A DNA stretch of 64,000 nucleotides from Spirochaetaceae bacterium (GTDB taxonomy: Bacteria; Spirochaetota; Spirochaetia; DSM-2461), in the NCBI GenBank assembly GCA_051531975.1, contig JAOPTT010000009.1, positions 96,001-160,000 on the forward strand, in the 5' to 3' direction. Below, piece by piece: positions 1 through 11,139 of the stretch. Position 1 is the first letter of the stretch, and every line of letters begins with the position of its first letter. The notes below the pieces were generated by a model that was not told the origin of the DNA, did not search any database, and was given only the letters and a program-made list of their open reading frames with translations. Position numbers and translations under genes: made by a program.

Positions 1-1125
1 ATAGATATTTTTTAATAAAATTGTAGTTAAAAAATAACCTAACTCTATAGCCTCTTTTACTCTTAGGTTAAATAGAGGTTGTTCTGATTTTGGAAAGTAA
101 ACTCTTCCTATGGTTTCAGAAATTCCTATTAAAGGTTTAAGATTCAGAGAGTTTTTAGAATCAAAATTTAGTTCAGAATCAACTGTGTTTTTTATAGTAT
201 TTGTAACTCTTGTTATTAGTCTTTGCAGTGTATCATTATCTTGCTGGGCTTCTCTACTGTGTAGTATATTCTCTTTTTTTAACTCATCTTTAAATGCTTT
301 TAATGCACTTTCAAGGTAGGTTGTAAAATTAAATCTATTTTTAAACTTAGTATGTCTATCCTGGGCAATACCACCTTTCTCTATTATATCTTTATGAGAA
401 AATTCTAGTCTATTGTGCAGTGAACTATTTCGATCTGAATAGAGGTAGATTGTATAATAACCAACCTTGATCAGTATTAAACCGTAAATAAATCTAAGAT
501 AACCTTCAAAAAGAGTAGAGTATAGCAGGGAGAATATGAGTTGAGAAATAATAATTGGTAGACCTAAAATAGGAGTAAGTATTAACCTAAATATCTTGGT
601 TGTAATTCTATACTTTTGCAAAATTTGTACTATCCTGTTTTGAGTTATAACTTTTATGGACCTATTTAATTTTGTGATTCTTAAAAAAAGATTAATTGGA
701 AGTTTTTCCAGTATTCTAAATACTTTCAGTTTTTTTAAGTCAGCATGAATATCGTCAAATATAAGGTATGTAGCCTCTAAAACTTTTTGAATCGAGAATT
801 TAAGATCAATTTTCCCTGTAGAATCATCATTATATATCTGGGTTATATTGATAAAGAGTAGTTTGATCTGGTTTTCCAGAAATTTTATATTAAAAGACAT
901 AAGGAAGGGTGAGTTTAGACCTTTCCATGCGTTGGTTTTTAGAAATTCAACAGCTTCTAAATCTCTATCGTCTATCCAGCCCTCTTTAATTGTTGAAGTT
1001 AGCTCTTTAACATATTTTGATTTTAATCTGAATAAAATTATTGGGGCTATTATTAATCTCATTATAATAGGGACTATAATTATTGGTAAAAACAGAGGTA
1101 GATATGGTAGGACTTTATTAATCAT
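1..1125 (-). CDS. Hypothetical membrane protein, 3' end runs off the window (partial, >=375 aa)
   Basis: Not in the ORF track because it has no stop in the window. Manual translation from ATG at 1125 (MINKVLPYLPLFLPIIIVPIIMRLII...) stays open to base 1, with hydrophobic segments. The start overlaps the DHH gene end by 8 nt. Confidence 0.8.
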   Translation of the reverse strand, partial: MINKVLPYLPLFLPIIIVPIIMRLIIAPIILFRLKSKYVKELTSTIKEGWIDDRDLEAVEFLKTNAWKGLNSPFLMSFNIKFLENQIKLLFINITQIYNDDSTGKIDLKFSIQKVLEATYLIFDDIHADLKKLKVFRILEKLPINLFLRITKLNRSIKVITQNRIVQILQKYRITTKIFRLILTPILGLPIIISQLIFSLLYSTLFEGYLRFIYGLILIKVGYYTIYLYSDRNSSLHNRLEFSHKDIIEKGGIAQDRHTKFKNRFNFTTYLESALKAFKDELKKENILHSREAQQDNDTLQRLITRVTNTIKNTVDSELNFDSKNSLNLKPLIGISETIGRVYFPKSEQPLFNLRVKEAIELGYFLTTILLKNIY

Positions 1126-2068
1126 TTAGTAAGGTAACAACCCTATGCATTGTTTCTGTTAAAGAGAATCCTTTTGCACTAAATATTACTCCCCCAGCCA
1201 TCTCTATATGTCCACCACCAGCCCCTATAGACTGTGTTATAGATCTAATTATTTCTGCAGCATTCCAGTTTGCATTCTCATTTCTTATTGATATTGATAT
1301 TACATTGTCGTTTTTAGCAAATAAGATTGATAGTTCAATCTCTTGGGCAGATAGAATAAAATCCCCTAATATTCCCATTAGGTTTGTTTCGCAACCTTTA
1401 TTAAAATAGTGCCATGCTATATTTTTGTCTGTTTTTAATTTACTTATTGTCTGGTTAAAAAAAGCAAAATCCGAGAGCTGTATATTGTTTCTTAGCAGAG
1501 TATTAACCAGTGTGTTATCTGCAAAATTATATAAATAGTGGTATGAATCAATATCTTTTTGTGTAACTTTTCTAGTTAACAGGTCAGTGTCTCTGCTAAT
1601 TCCAATTTTTAAAGCTGTTGCAGCTTTTTGGGATATGCCTAGACCTTGTTTAATAAAATAGTCAGTAATAATTGTTGAGCAGGAACCTAATTCATGATCT
1701 ATCTGTATGTATGGAACGTCTTCAGGTTTTTCTACAATATGGTGGTCAATTACAGCAATTTCAAAGCCAGGTAGATCCGTTACATTTTTACTCCATTTAC
1801 AACCATCAACTATAATTATTAAGTCATCATCTAGGAATTTTAATTCCGATGCCCTAGTTATTTCAATTTCTAACTTATTAATCATGTTTTTAAGTGCGTC
1901 TCTTTGGATGTCTCCGCAATAGACAATCTGGGAATCTATATTGTAATGGTTTAGATAGCTCTGGAGGCCGTATGCAGATGCTACAGCGTCTGGATCAGGG
2001 AAATCATGGGTCTGAATAAATAGTCTTTTATCACTCTTTTGTAGTTCTTTAACTAATTCATTTATCAT
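1118..2068 (-). CDS. DHH/DHHA1 family phosphoesterase (NrnA-like)
   Basis: Motifs THDFPDPDA, IIVD, IDHH and C-terminal GGGH. Confidence 0.85.
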   Translation of the reverse strand: MINELVKELQKSDKRLFIQTHDFPDPDAVASAYGLQSYLNHYNIDSQIVYCGDIQRDALKNMINKLEIEITRASELKFLDDDLIIIVDGCKWSKNVTDLPGFEIAVIDHHIVEKPEDVPYIQIDHELGSCSTIITDYFIKQGLGISQKAATALKIGISRDTDLLTRKVTQKDIDSYHYLYNFADNTLVNTLLRNNIQLSDFAFFNQTISKLKTDKNIAWHYFNKGCETNLMGILGDFILSAQEIELSILFAKNDNVISISIRNENANWNAAEIIRSITQSIGAGGGHIEMAGGVIFSAKGFSLTETMHRVVTLLND

Positions 2069-2127
2069 ATATAAACATTATTATACTAAAATATCCCCAA
2101 TAGTTTCTATAGTAACCAGTTTGGGTC

Positions 2128-2156
2128 TTGCAGAAAGGGGGCTGTAAATGTATAAT
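2128..2156 (+). promoter_or_regulatory. Sigma70-type promoter of fusA
   Basis: TTGCAG (2128-2133), 17 nt, TATAAT (2151-2156). Confidence 0.7.
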
Positions 2157-2228
2157 CCGAAATACTTTATAGTATATTTAGATTTTTATAAATCGAATAA
2201 GATAATTAAACGAGAGGTTGTTTTTAGA

Positions 2229-4322
2229 ATGGCATACGAGCTAAGTAAATTAAGAAACATCGGAATCAGTGCACACATCGATTCTGGTAAGACTACATTA
2301 ACAGAGAGAATATTATTTTTCTGTGAGAGAATACACGCTATCCACGAAGTAAGAGGAAAAGACGGTGTTGGGGCAACAATGGACTCAATGGAACTTGAGA
2401 AAGAGCGTGGTATTACTATTGCGTCTGCTGCTACAAGTGTTGAGTGGAAAGATACTCCAATCAATATTATTGATACTCCAGGACACGTTGACTTTACTAT
2501 CGAAGTAGAAAGATCTTTACGTGTACTTGATGGTGGTATTCTTGTTCTTGATTCAGTTTCTGGTGTTCAGTCTCAGTCAATTACAGTTGATAGACAGTTA
2601 AAAAGATATAAAGTTCCTAGAGTTGCATTTGTTAACAAATGTGACAAAACAGGTGCTGACCCATATAAAGTTAAAGATCAGTTAATTGAAAAACTAAACT
2701 TGAATGCAGTTATGGTTCAAACTCCTCTTGGGCTTGAAGATAAAATTGAAGGTTGTATTGATTTAGTTGAAATGAAAGCATACTACTTTGATGGTGATGA
2801 AAGATATGCTGTTAGAGTTGAAGATATTCCTGCTAACTTATTAGACGAAGCAAACGAGAAGAGAGAAGAGTTATTAGATGCTGCTTCAATGTTCGATGAC
2901 CATATCATGGAATTAATGATGGAAGGTGACGACGTACCTTCTGATGTTTTAAACGCTGCAATTAGAAAAGGTGTTTTAGCATTAGAATTATGTCCTGTAT
3001 TTGTTGGTTCTGCTTACAAAAACAAAGGTGTTCAACCATTATTAGATGGTGTTGCACTCTACTTACCATGTCCTACTGACGTTGAAAACATAGCTTTAGA
3101 CTTAGATGACGAAGAAAAAGAAGTTGTTTTAGAATCAAATGATGATGCTAAAACTGTTGCTTTAGGTTTTAAACTTGAAGATGGTCAGTTTGGTCAGTTA
3201 ACATATGTTAGAGTTTACCAGGGTATGCTTAAGAAGGGTGGAGAGCTAATTAACATTAGAACTCAGAAGAAATTCAAAATTGGAAGACTTGTAAGAATGC
3301 ACTCTAATAACATGGAAGATATTACTGAAGCGCAAGCTGGTGATATTGTAGCACTGTTTGGTGTTGAGTGTGCTTCTGGAGATACTTTCTGTCATCCAGA
3401 CTTAAACTACTCACTAACTTCAATGTTTGTTCCTAACTCAGTTATATCCCTATCTATTGAACCTATTGATAAATCAGCTTCTGACAAAATGGCTAAAGCT
3501 TTAAACAGATTTACTAAAGAGGATCCTACATTTAAAGTTCATGTTGACAAAGAGTCTAACCAGACTATTGTTTCTGGTATGGGTGAACTTCACTTAGAAG
3601 TATATATTGAGAGAATGAAACGTGAGTACGGAGCAGTTGTTGAAACTGGACAGCCTCAGGTAGCATATAGAGAGACAATTACTACTTCCGCAGAGTTTAA
3701 CTATACTCATAAGAAGCAGTCAGGTGGATCTGGTCAATACGGTAGAGTTGCAGGAATCATGGAGCCTCTTGAAGAAGAGAACTACGAATTTGTTAACTCT
3801 ATTAAAGGTGGATCAATTCCTACTGAATATATTCCATCATGTGATAAAGGTTTCCAGGAATCTATGAAGAAAGGTCACTTAATTGGTTTCCCTGTTGAGA
3901 GAATTAAAATGACTATTTCTGATGGTCAGTATCACCAGGTCGATTCTTCTGATAAAGCTTTCCAAATTGCTGCTAGAGGTGCTTTTAAAGAAGCATATCT
4001 TAAAGCAAGCCCATGTATATTAGAGCCAATTATGAAGGTTACTTTAGAAGGTCCTTCTGAATTTCAAGGTTCTTTATTTGGATTAGTTAACCAGAGACGT
4101 GGTATGATACTAGGTTCTACAGAAGAAGGTAACAATAGTGTTGTTGAAGCTGAAGTTCCATTAAGTGAAATGTTCGGTTTCTCTACAGTATTAAGATCTT
4201 CTACTCAAGGTAAAGCTGAGTTCTCAATGGAAGTTGCTAAATATTCTCAAGTTCCTAAAAGTATCTCTGATGAGCTTATGAAAAAATACGAAGAAGAGAA
4301 AAAAGCTGCTCAAAACAAGTAG
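2229..4322 (+). CDS. fusA: Elongation factor G (spirochaete/mtEFG1-like type)
   Basis: [45 protein letters not shown]. Start moved to ATG 2229 because GAGAGG SD precedes it and the ORF-track start (2148) lies inside the promoter. Confidence 0.97.
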   Translation: MAYELSKLRNIGISAHIDSGKTTLTERILFFCERIHAIHEVRGKDGVGATMDSMELEKERGITIASAATSVEWKDTPINIIDTPGHVDFTIEVERSLRVLDGGILVLDSVSGVQSQSITVDRQLKRYKVPRVAFVNKCDKTGADPYKVKDQLIEKLNLNAVMVQTPLGLEDKIEGCIDLVEMKAYYFDGDERYAVRVEDIPANLLDEANEKREELLDAASMFDDHIMELMMEGDDVPSDVLNAAIRKGVLALELCPVFVGSAYKNKGVQPLLDGVALYLPCPTDVENIALDLDDEEKEVVLESNDDAKTVALGFKLEDGQFGQLTYVRVYQGMLKKGGELINIRTQKKFKIGRLVRMHSNNMEDITEAQAGDIVALFGVECASGDTFCHPDLNYSLTSMFVPNSVISLSIEPIDKSASDKMAKALNRFTKEDPTFKVHVDKESNQTIVSGMGELHLEVYIERMKREYGAVVETGQPQVAYRETITTSAEFNYTHKKQSGGSGQYGRVAGIMEPLEEENYEFVNSIKGGSIPTEYIPSCDKGFQESMKKGHLIGFPVERIKMTISDGQYHQVDSSDKAFQIAARGAFKEAYLKASPCILEPIMKVTLEGPSEFQGSLFGLVNQRRGMILGSTEEGNNSVVEAEVPLSEMFGFSTVLRSSTQGKAEFSMEVAKYSQVPKSISDELMKKYEEEKKAAQNK

Positions 4323-4345
4323 TTTTTAACTTAACTTTTAAATAT

Positions 4346-4376
4346 AAAAGACACCTTTGTGGGTGTCTTTTTTTTT
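4346..4376 (+). terminator. Intrinsic terminator after fusA
   Basis: AAAAGACACC-TTTGTG-GGTGTCTTTT stem-loop running into a T tract. Confidence 0.9.
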
Positions 4377-4424
4377 ATAATAAAAGAGTCTAGAAAGTAA
4401 TATAATTGAAATGAGGGGTTCATT

Positions 4425-5438
4425 ATGATTGTATTATACGTTTTGTTTTTTATAGTTCTTTTATATTTTATCTACTTAGTTATTATTATTTTTTTACCAG
4501 TTCTTAATATAAAAAAACAGCCATTTAAAAAAGAGTTAATTAGGGTCGCACCTCCTATAAATAGAGGGGATATATCTTTTCTTGTAGATGGAGATTTAGT
4601 TCGAGGGTGGTATTATGATTCAGGTACTATCGGTTCAAATAGTTGTATTGTTATGAGTCATGGTTTTAATGGAACAAAAGATTGTCTTCTTGAAAATTAT
4701 GCACTTGAGTTTAATAAAATTGGAATAGATGTAATAACCTACGATTATAGAACGTATGGTGATAGTGAAGGATTACCAAGGCAGTTGTTATCAGTAACTA
4801 AACAGCATGATGACCTAAGGGGAGCTATAAAGTTTGTCCGGGAAGTTAAAGGAAGTAAAGTCTTTCTCTGGGGGACTTCTGCAGGAGCGAACTATGGGTT
4901 AATAGTTGCAGCTGAAGATGAAGATATTAATGGTGTTATATGCCAATGTGGTTCATATGATCATAAGCTGGATGAAAAGAAAGGAATAGCTGATAATGGG
5001 ATGTTCTTCTATATATCCTTTTTACCCCACGGTATTAGAGCTAAGTGGAGATATAAGCTTGGATTATCACCTTATGTAGTTCCAGCCTATGGTCGATCAG
5101 GAACTAAAGCATTTTTACGAAGTGATTCTATATTTGAGGGAGCTGAAAAAATAGGTTTAAATTCTAAGAATTTTATAAATGAAGTTAATGCTTATTTTAT
5201 GTTACAACCCCACGGACCAGATCTTCTAGAAGTAGCAGGTAGTATTAAGTGTCCTGTTTTATTTCTAAATTGTGAAAAAGATGAAATTATTGCACCTGAA
5301 TCTCATTTAAAGATTTGCGATATTCTAGGGGATAAAAGTAAAGTTATAAACTTTCCTATTGGTCATTTTGATATTTATTATGGTGATTGGTTTAATAAAA
5401 GTATTAATGAGCAAAAACTGTTTTTATCTGAATTATAA
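4425..5438 (+). CDS. Alpha/beta hydrolase with N-terminal membrane anchor
   Basis: SHGF oxyanion motif, DYRTYGDSEG, WGTSAG nucleophile elbow, C-terminal GHFD. Confidence 0.85.
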   Translation: MIVLYVLFFIVLLYFIYLVIIIFLPVLNIKKQPFKKELIRVAPPINRGDISFLVDGDLVRGWYYDSGTIGSNSCIVMSHGFNGTKDCLLENYALEFNKIGIDVITYDYRTYGDSEGLPRQLLSVTKQHDDLRGAIKFVREVKGSKVFLWGTSAGANYGLIVAAEDEDINGVICQCGSYDHKLDEKKGIADNGMFFYISFLPHGIRAKWRYKLGLSPYVVPAYGRSGTKAFLRSDSIFEGAEKIGLNSKNFINEVNAYFMLQPHGPDLLEVAGSIKCPVLFLNCEKDEIIAPESHLKICDILGDKSKVINFPIGHFDIYYGDWFNKSINEQKLFLSEL

Positions 5439-5456
5439 AAGTATTATATTATCTGT

Positions 5457-5660
5457 ATGACAGATAATAGAGATTTATTAAAAGAGAATCCATTTTCTTA
5501 CAGAGAAGGGAAAGATAAAGTTTTTATACAATTTAGAAACAGAGAGATAATGATATTAAAAGGTAAGGCTGCTGGGAAGTTATTAAATAAACTATACGGA
5601 GAAGATGAATTCACAGTCCAGTTGACTTTAGCCAAAGTAACTGGCCATTTTAAACACTAA
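5457..5660 (+). CDS. Small hypothetical protein (67 aa)
   Basis: Fills the gap between genes on the coding strand; -10-like TATATT 6 nt upstream; resembles a small conserved family (FSYR...KVFI...MILKGK...QL.LAKVTG.FK). Confidence 0.7.
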   Translation: MTDNRDLLKENPFSYREGKDKVFIQFRNREIMILKGKAAGKLLNKLYGEDEFTVQLTLAKVTGHFKH

Positions 5661-5700
5661 GAAGGTTCTTTCTTTCATTTAAAAAATGTTATTATTAAGT

Positions 5701-6090
5701 ATGATTAAAACATTAAGAATTATACCACTTTTATTGGTGTGTTCTGTTATTATATATTTAAGTTTAACTAGCAGAAGCATTAATCCTATCTCCTTAAATA
5801 ATATTGATAAGGTCTATCATTTTATAGCGTATTTCACTCTTGGCTTTACAATATGTTTAGCATTCTCCAATAAAGTACTATTAATAATAAACCTATTTCT
5901 TGGACTCGCCCTAGGAATCGCTCTAGAATTTATTCAAGGAACCCTAGGTTATAGGGATATGTCAGTAGCTGATGCTGTGGCTAATAGTTTAGGACTTTTT
6001 ACTGGAGTTTTAGTTTTTTATATTTGTTATAAGCAGATATATTGGGTTTTTAAAAAATTAAGATTAAATAGAATATTTTTAGATAAATAA
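5701..6090 (+). CDS. VanZ-like family membrane protein
   Basis: DKVYHFIAY, LEFIQ, R...DAVANSLG. Start is 5701 (extended -10 just upstream) or 5686. Confidence 0.8.
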   Translation: MIKTLRIIPLLLVCSVIIYLSLTSRSINPISLNNIDKVYHFIAYFTLGFTICLAFSNKVLLIINLFLGLALGIALEFIQGTLGYRDMSVADAVANSLGLFTGVLVFYICYKQIYWVFKKLRLNRIFLDK

Positions 6091-6105
6091 AAGAAGGTTA
6101 ATAAA

Positions 6106-9100
6106 TTGGAAAAGATATACTGGTTAGGTTTAGATATAGGTTCTACAACAGTTAAAACTGTTTTAGTAGACCAAGATACAAAAGAGATACTTTCGAGAGA
6201 TTATGTTAGGCATGGAGCAAAACAGAGAGGTGTTGCAAGGGATTTATTAACAAATATTGTTAAAAAATTCCCTGGATGCAAAGTTATACCGATACTTTGT
6301 GGTAGTGGTTCTAGGTCTTTAGCCGATGAACTTGGAGTCTCTTATATACAGGAAGTAGTTGCAAACTCCCTTGCTGTTAGAGAATTTTACCCGCAAACTA
6401 GAGTCGCTATAGAACTTGGTGGCCAGGATGCAAAAATAACATTTTTTCATAAAGATGAAGAGAGTGGAAAACTTGTAGCATCGGATATGAGAATGAATGG
6501 TAGTTGTGCCGGAGGAACAGGGGCATTTTTAGACGAGGTTGCAACACTTCTAAAACTACCAGTTGAAAAACTTAATGATGCAGCAGAAAAAGGAACTACA
6601 GTTTACGATATTTCTGGACGTTGTGGTGTATTTGCTAAAACAGATATTCAACCTCTACTTAACCAAGGTGTATCAAAAGAGGATTTAGCACTTTCATGTT
6701 TTCATGCTGTTGCTAAACAAACTATAGGTGGTTTAGCTCAGGGGTTAGAAATTCATCCCCCAGTTATATTCGAAGGTGGCCCACTATCCTTTAACCCTAA
6801 ATTAGTTGATGTTTATGCCCAGAGGTTAGGTCTAACTGGTTCAGATGTGGTTATTCCAGAAAACCAAGACGTTTTAATAGCTTTTGGTGCTGCTTTAGGT
6901 ATTCCCGCAATGTATAAAGATGCGCCTGCTTTAGAGCTAGAAGATCTAATAAAACATGAGGCTTTTGATCATTTAGACATTGTAACAGATGGTGTGCAAA
7001 AACCTCCATTTTTTGAAAATAAAACAGAGTTTAAAGAATTTAAAGAGCGTTATCAATTACCAGAAGCTCCAACATTGGAAAAATACAGAGGATTAACTCT
7101 CGATGTATATTTAGGAATCGATGCAGGTTCAACAACATCTAAGTTTGTATTAATAGATAAAGATGAAGAACTTGTTTATACATTTTATGGTAAAAATCAT
7201 GGTGAACCAATTGTTGTATTAAAAGAAGCTCTGTTAAATCTAAAAAAAGAGGTTGATGAGTTAGACATAACTCTAAATATACTAGGTTCTGGAACCACCG
7301 GTTATGGGGAGATGTTATTTTCTAACGCATTTAATGCGGATTACCATACTGTTGAGACTGTAGCCCATGCAGAAGCTGCTTTAAAATACTCTCCTGAAGT
7401 CTCATTTATATTGGATATTGGTGGTCAGGATATGAAGGCCATATTCTTAAATAATGGGATTGTGACAGGTATTACTTTGAATGAAGCGTGTAGTGCGGGT
7501 TGTGGCTCATTTTTGGAGAACTTTGCAACATCGTTGGACATTCCTGTTGAGCAGATAGCAGAAAAGGCATTTAAGTCTAAAACTCCTTCATCATTAGGGT
7601 CTAGATGTACAGTATTTATGAACTCATCTGTAATATCAGAGCAAAAAAATGGTAAAACTCCAGACGATATTATGGCAGGACTGTGTAACTCTGTTATAGA
7701 AAATGTATTTACTAAGGTTATTAGACTTTCAAATATGAAAACTTTAGGTGATAACATTGTTGTTCAAGGTGGAACATTCAGAAATGATGCAGTACTAAGA
7801 TCCCTAGAACTTTTTACTGAAAGACAGGTTGTTAGAGCTCCATTCCCTGGAGAGATGGGGGCTATTGGTATCGCTCTATTAACAAAAAAAAGACAGGAAG
7901 AAAAAGGAATTACACAAAGTACTTTCATCCTTTGGGATGATCTACAAAACTTTTCATATAAACAAGAGAGTGGTTTAGTTTGCTACTTTTGCTCAAATAA
8001 CTGTAATAGAACTAAGATCTCATTTTCTAATGGTAAGGATTTTATAACTGGAAATAGATGTGAGAAAGGGGAGATTTTAACTGCCCCTAAAGATAGTAAA
8101 GCTGAACTTAAAAAACTAAAAGAGAAACATATAGGAACAAAGGATCTGTTTGCATTAAGAACTGAACTACTGTTTAAAGAGTATAAACCAAACAGCTTAT
8201 CTCCTAAAAAAGATATTACGATTGGTATTCCTAGGGTTTTAGAGTTTTGGAACTCATTCCCATTTTGGAACGCTCTTTTTACATCTTTAGGTTTTAAAGT
8301 TGTCTTATCCGATAAAAGTTCAATGTCAATGTTTGAAGATGGTTTAGGTTCTATACCATCAGATACCGTGTGTTTCCCTGCAAAATTATGCCATGGACAT
8401 GTTAAAAACCTTATTTCAAAAGGTGTAGATAGAATATTTAACCCTATGATCTCTAGGATGATATCAGAGAACAGAACAATACAAAAATCTGAACACGTTT
8501 GTGCTGTTGTAAAAGGGTATCCATTAGTAATTAATATAAGTGATGACCCTATGGGTAAACATAATATAGCCTATGATAGTCCTGTTTTTCATTGGACCTG
8601 TGAAGATGCAAGAAAAGACTCAATTGCTGCATTTATGGCAGAAACTTTTGCCATCCCAACAAGATTAACATTACAAGCTATGGCAGAGGGTGATAAAGCT
8701 TTTAAAACATTTAATGAAGAGCTTGTTTCCGCAGGAAAAGATCTATTAGATAATTTAAAAGATGATGAGTTTGCTGTTGTAATAGGTGGACGACCATACC
8801 ATTCCGACGATCTAATTAACCACAATATTTCTCAATTTTTTATTAAAGATGGAGTTTCGGTGCTTCCTTTAGATGCTATTCCCGGTCTACATGAGACAGA
8901 TTTAAGTTCTGTTAGAGCTGAATTAACAGTAAATTTCCATGTACGTATGTTTTCTGGTGTTCAGCAAGTTGTTAAAAATCCTAAGTTAGAATTTCTACAA
9001 ATTGTAAGTTTTGGATGTGGCCACGATGCTGTAATTTCAGATGAAACAACTAGGCTTTTAACAAAAGGTGCAGGTAAAAGTCCACTCATATTAAAAATGG

Positions 9101-10446
9101 ATGAAAGTGATGTTTCAGGTCCACTTAATATAAGGATTAAATCCTTTTTAGAGACAGTTAAGAGTCAGAGAAAAGCTGGAATTCAGAAAATAAACAGCGA
9201 TGTAAAACCTTACGATATAGCTTTTACAAAAGAAGATAGAAAAAAAACTATTTTAGTTCCTAATGTTTCATGGGCATTTGGTCAGGTGGCTACTGCATCT
9301 ATTGGGAAGCAGGGATATAAAGTTGAGGCACTTCCAATGGCAAATGCAAATGCTGTTGGACTTGGGAAAAAATATGTTCATAACGATATGTGTTATCCAG
9401 CACAGATAACAATTGGAGAACTTTTATCAGCTTTAGATGAGGGGAAATATGACCCCGATGAAGTTACCTATATTATGTCAAAACCTCAGTGTGACTGTAG
9501 ATTGGCCCATTACTCTTTAATGGCACGACAAGCATTAGATGATGCTGGGTATCCACAGGTTGCAATTGCTTCTTTAGACCCAGATGATAAAGGAATGTCT
9601 CCTGGTTTTAAGATGAATGCACTGTTTGAATTACGAACTCTTTGGGGTCTTATTATGACAGACTGTTTAGAAGATTTAAAACGTAAAATTAGACCCTACG
9701 AAAAGATAAAAGGTAGTGCAGATAGGGTTTTTAAAAAGGGCGTTTTAAGTATATGTAAAGGTTTTGATAGAAGCATTAGATCAGCATTTAGAAACTATGA
9801 AAATGCTGTAGATAACTTTATGGAAATTGAATTCGATCGATCAGTAAGACTTCCTAGGGTATTTGTAATTGGGGAATTTTTACTTAATTTTCATCCTACT
9901 TCAAATAATTATATTGAAAAGTATTTAGAAGATAACGGATTAGAAGTTGTTCTTCCATCTCTGTTTCATACACTACATAGGGAATTCCTATTAGGTATGG
10001 ATCAGAAAAAAGAGTACCATGTTAGAGTCCCTGAACTTAAACATTTAATGAATAAATTATCTGATAAATTAATTAGATCTGTATTAAAAAAGTGTCATAA
10101 AGTTGCATCAAGACACCCTCTTTTTGAATCCCAGACACCATTAAGGGAAATTGCAGAACTCTCACATCATGTAATAGATAAAACTTTTACATCTGGAGAA
10201 GGCTGGCAAATTGCAGGAGAGATAATGCATTTTGCTGATCATGGTGTAAATTCATTTATCATACTTCAACCTTTTGGCTGTTTACCAAATCATATTATTG
10301 CTAGAGGTGTTACTAAAAAGCTTAAAGAGGAGAGACCAAATATTCAGATATTAGCTTTGGATTTTGATCCTGATACAAGTTTTGCAAATATTGAGAATAG
10401 ATTACAAATGTTAATAATTAATACAAAAGAGAGGATGAAAGTTTAA
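6106..10446 (+). CDS. Acyl-CoA dehydratase activase-related fusion protein (two HgdC/BadF-type ASKHA domains plus DUF2229-like C-terminal regions)
   Basis: GLDIGSTTVK, ELGGQDAK, MNGSCAGGTG; second copy GIDAGSTTSK, DIGGQDMK, NEACSAGCG; CFPAK, SFGCG, QPFGCLPNH. TTG start. Confidence 0.9.
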   Translation: MEKIYWLGLDIGSTTVKTVLVDQDTKEILSRDYVRHGAKQRGVARDLLTNIVKKFPGCKVIPILCGSGSRSLADELGVSYIQEVVANSLAVREFYPQTRVAIELGGQDAKITFFHKDEESGKLVASDMRMNGSCAGGTGAFLDEVATLLKLPVEKLNDAAEKGTTVYDISGRCGVFAKTDIQPLLNQGVSKEDLALSCFHAVAKQTIGGLAQGLEIHPPVIFEGGPLSFNPKLVDVYAQRLGLTGSDVVIPENQDVLIAFGAALGIPAMYKDAPALELEDLIKHEAFDHLDIVTDGVQKPPFFENKTEFKEFKERYQLPEAPTLEKYRGLTLDVYLGIDAGSTTSKFVLIDKDEELVYTFYGKNHGEPIVVLKEALLNLKKEVDELDITLNILGSGTTGYGEMLFSNAFNADYHTVETVAHAEAALKYSPEVSFILDIGGQDMKAIFLNNGIVTGITLNEACSAGCGSFLENFATSLDIPVEQIAEKAFKSKTPSSLGSRCTVFMNSSVISEQKNGKTPDDIMAGLCNSVIENVFTKVIRLSNMKTLGDNIVVQGGTFRNDAVLRSLELFTERQVVRAPFPGEMGAIGIALLTKKRQEEKGITQSTFILWDDLQNFSYKQESGLVCYFCSNNCNRTKISFSNGKDFITGNRCEKGEILTAPKDSKAELKKLKEKHIGTKDLFALRTELLFKEYKPNSLSPKKDITIGIPRVLEFWNSFPFWNALFTSLGFKVVLSDKSSMSMFEDGLGSIPSDTVCFPAKLCHGHVKNLISKGVDRIFNPMISRMISENRTIQKSEHVCAVVKGYPLVINISDDPMGKHNIAYDSPVFHWTCEDARKDSIAAFMAETFAIPTRLTLQAMAEGDKAFKTFNEELVSAGKDLLDNLKDDEFAVVIGGRPYHSDDLINHNISQFFIKDGVSVLPLDAIPGLHETDLSSVRAELTVNFHVRMFSGVQQVVKNPKLEFLQIVSFGCGHDAVISDETTRLLTKGAGKSPLILKMDESDVSGPLNIRIKSFLETVKSQRKAGIQKINSDVKPYDIAFTKEDRKKTILVPNVSWAFGQVATASIGKQGYKVEALPMANANAVGLGKKYVHNDMCYPAQITIGELLSALDEGKYDPDEVTYIMSKPQCDCRLAHYSLMARQALDDAGYPQVAIASLDPDDKGMSPGFKMNALFELRTLWGLIMTDCLEDLKRKIRPYEKIKGSADRVFKKGVLSICKGFDRSIRSAFRNYENAVDNFMEIEFDRSVRLPRVFVIGEFLLNFHPTSNNYIEKYLEDNGLEVVLPSLFHTLHREFLLGMDQKKEYHVRVPELKHLMNKLSDKLIRSVLKKCHKVASRHPLFESQTPLREIAELSHHVIDKTFTSGEGWQIAGEIMHFADHGVNSFIILQPFGCLPNHIIARGVTKKLKEERPNIQILALDFDPDTSFANIENRLQMLIINTKERMKV

Positions 10447-11054
10447 AACCCAATCCATCTATGATTACCAATATAAAGTAGTTGGATTTTGGTATCTTTT
10501 AGTATAAGTTCTACAAACTCAGCATTTTTTGTTATCTCGTATTTCCCCACTTTAAGTTCGGGGAATATTAGAGGAGCTACAACTGTAGGATTCCATATTT
10601 GGTATAATAATCCAAATCCTCCAATGCTCTCTTTTTTACGTTCTGTCTTAACTATTTCGTTTATTTTATTGGATAGAAGTTTGGTATTATCACCTTTTAT
10701 TACAAAATCAGTTATTACAGAGTCTATTTTTAGAGTTGATCCTTCTAAGGTATATTTTATTTCTTGAAAGATAATTACTGCATCTAAACTTATCTTTTTA
10801 TATTTTTTAGCCCATATTTCTTGTAATTTAGCTGTTTCGACCTCATTTAGAAGATAATTTACATATGTTTTATTTGTCTCTAAGTTTGAAGTGATAAAAG
10901 CTTCTTGAACTACTCCAGGAAAATACTCTGTTTCTCCGTCTAAATAGTTTGTAATTTGCCACATTTTAATCTGCTCAGTTCCTGTAATTTCCGGTGGTTT
11001 ACTTTTACAGCTGAGTAACGCGAATAATAATAATATTGAACATAAAAATCTCAT
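10443..11054 (-). CDS. Hypothetical lipoprotein
   Basis: Signal peptide with lipobox LLSC. Confidence 0.75.
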   Translation of the reverse strand: MRFLCSILLLFALLSCKSKPPEITGTEQIKMWQITNYLDGETEYFPGVVQEAFITSNLETNKTYVNYLLNEVETAKLQEIWAKKYKKISLDAVIIFQEIKYTLEGSTLKIDSVITDFVIKGDNTKLLSNKINEIVKTERKKESIGGFGLLYQIWNPTVVAPLIFPELKVGKYEITKNAEFVELILKDTKIQLLYIGNHRWIGF

Positions 11055-11139
11055 ACTTTAATTATGCCCTAAAATCCTTGATATTCCAATGTATTATTTG
11101 TTTTGATAATAATTTTATTACGTAATATAATAGTATTAG

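Noticed and set aside
5701..6090. VanZ-like gene as glycopeptide resistance
   Set aside because: No van cluster is present, and the family is widespread with unknown function.
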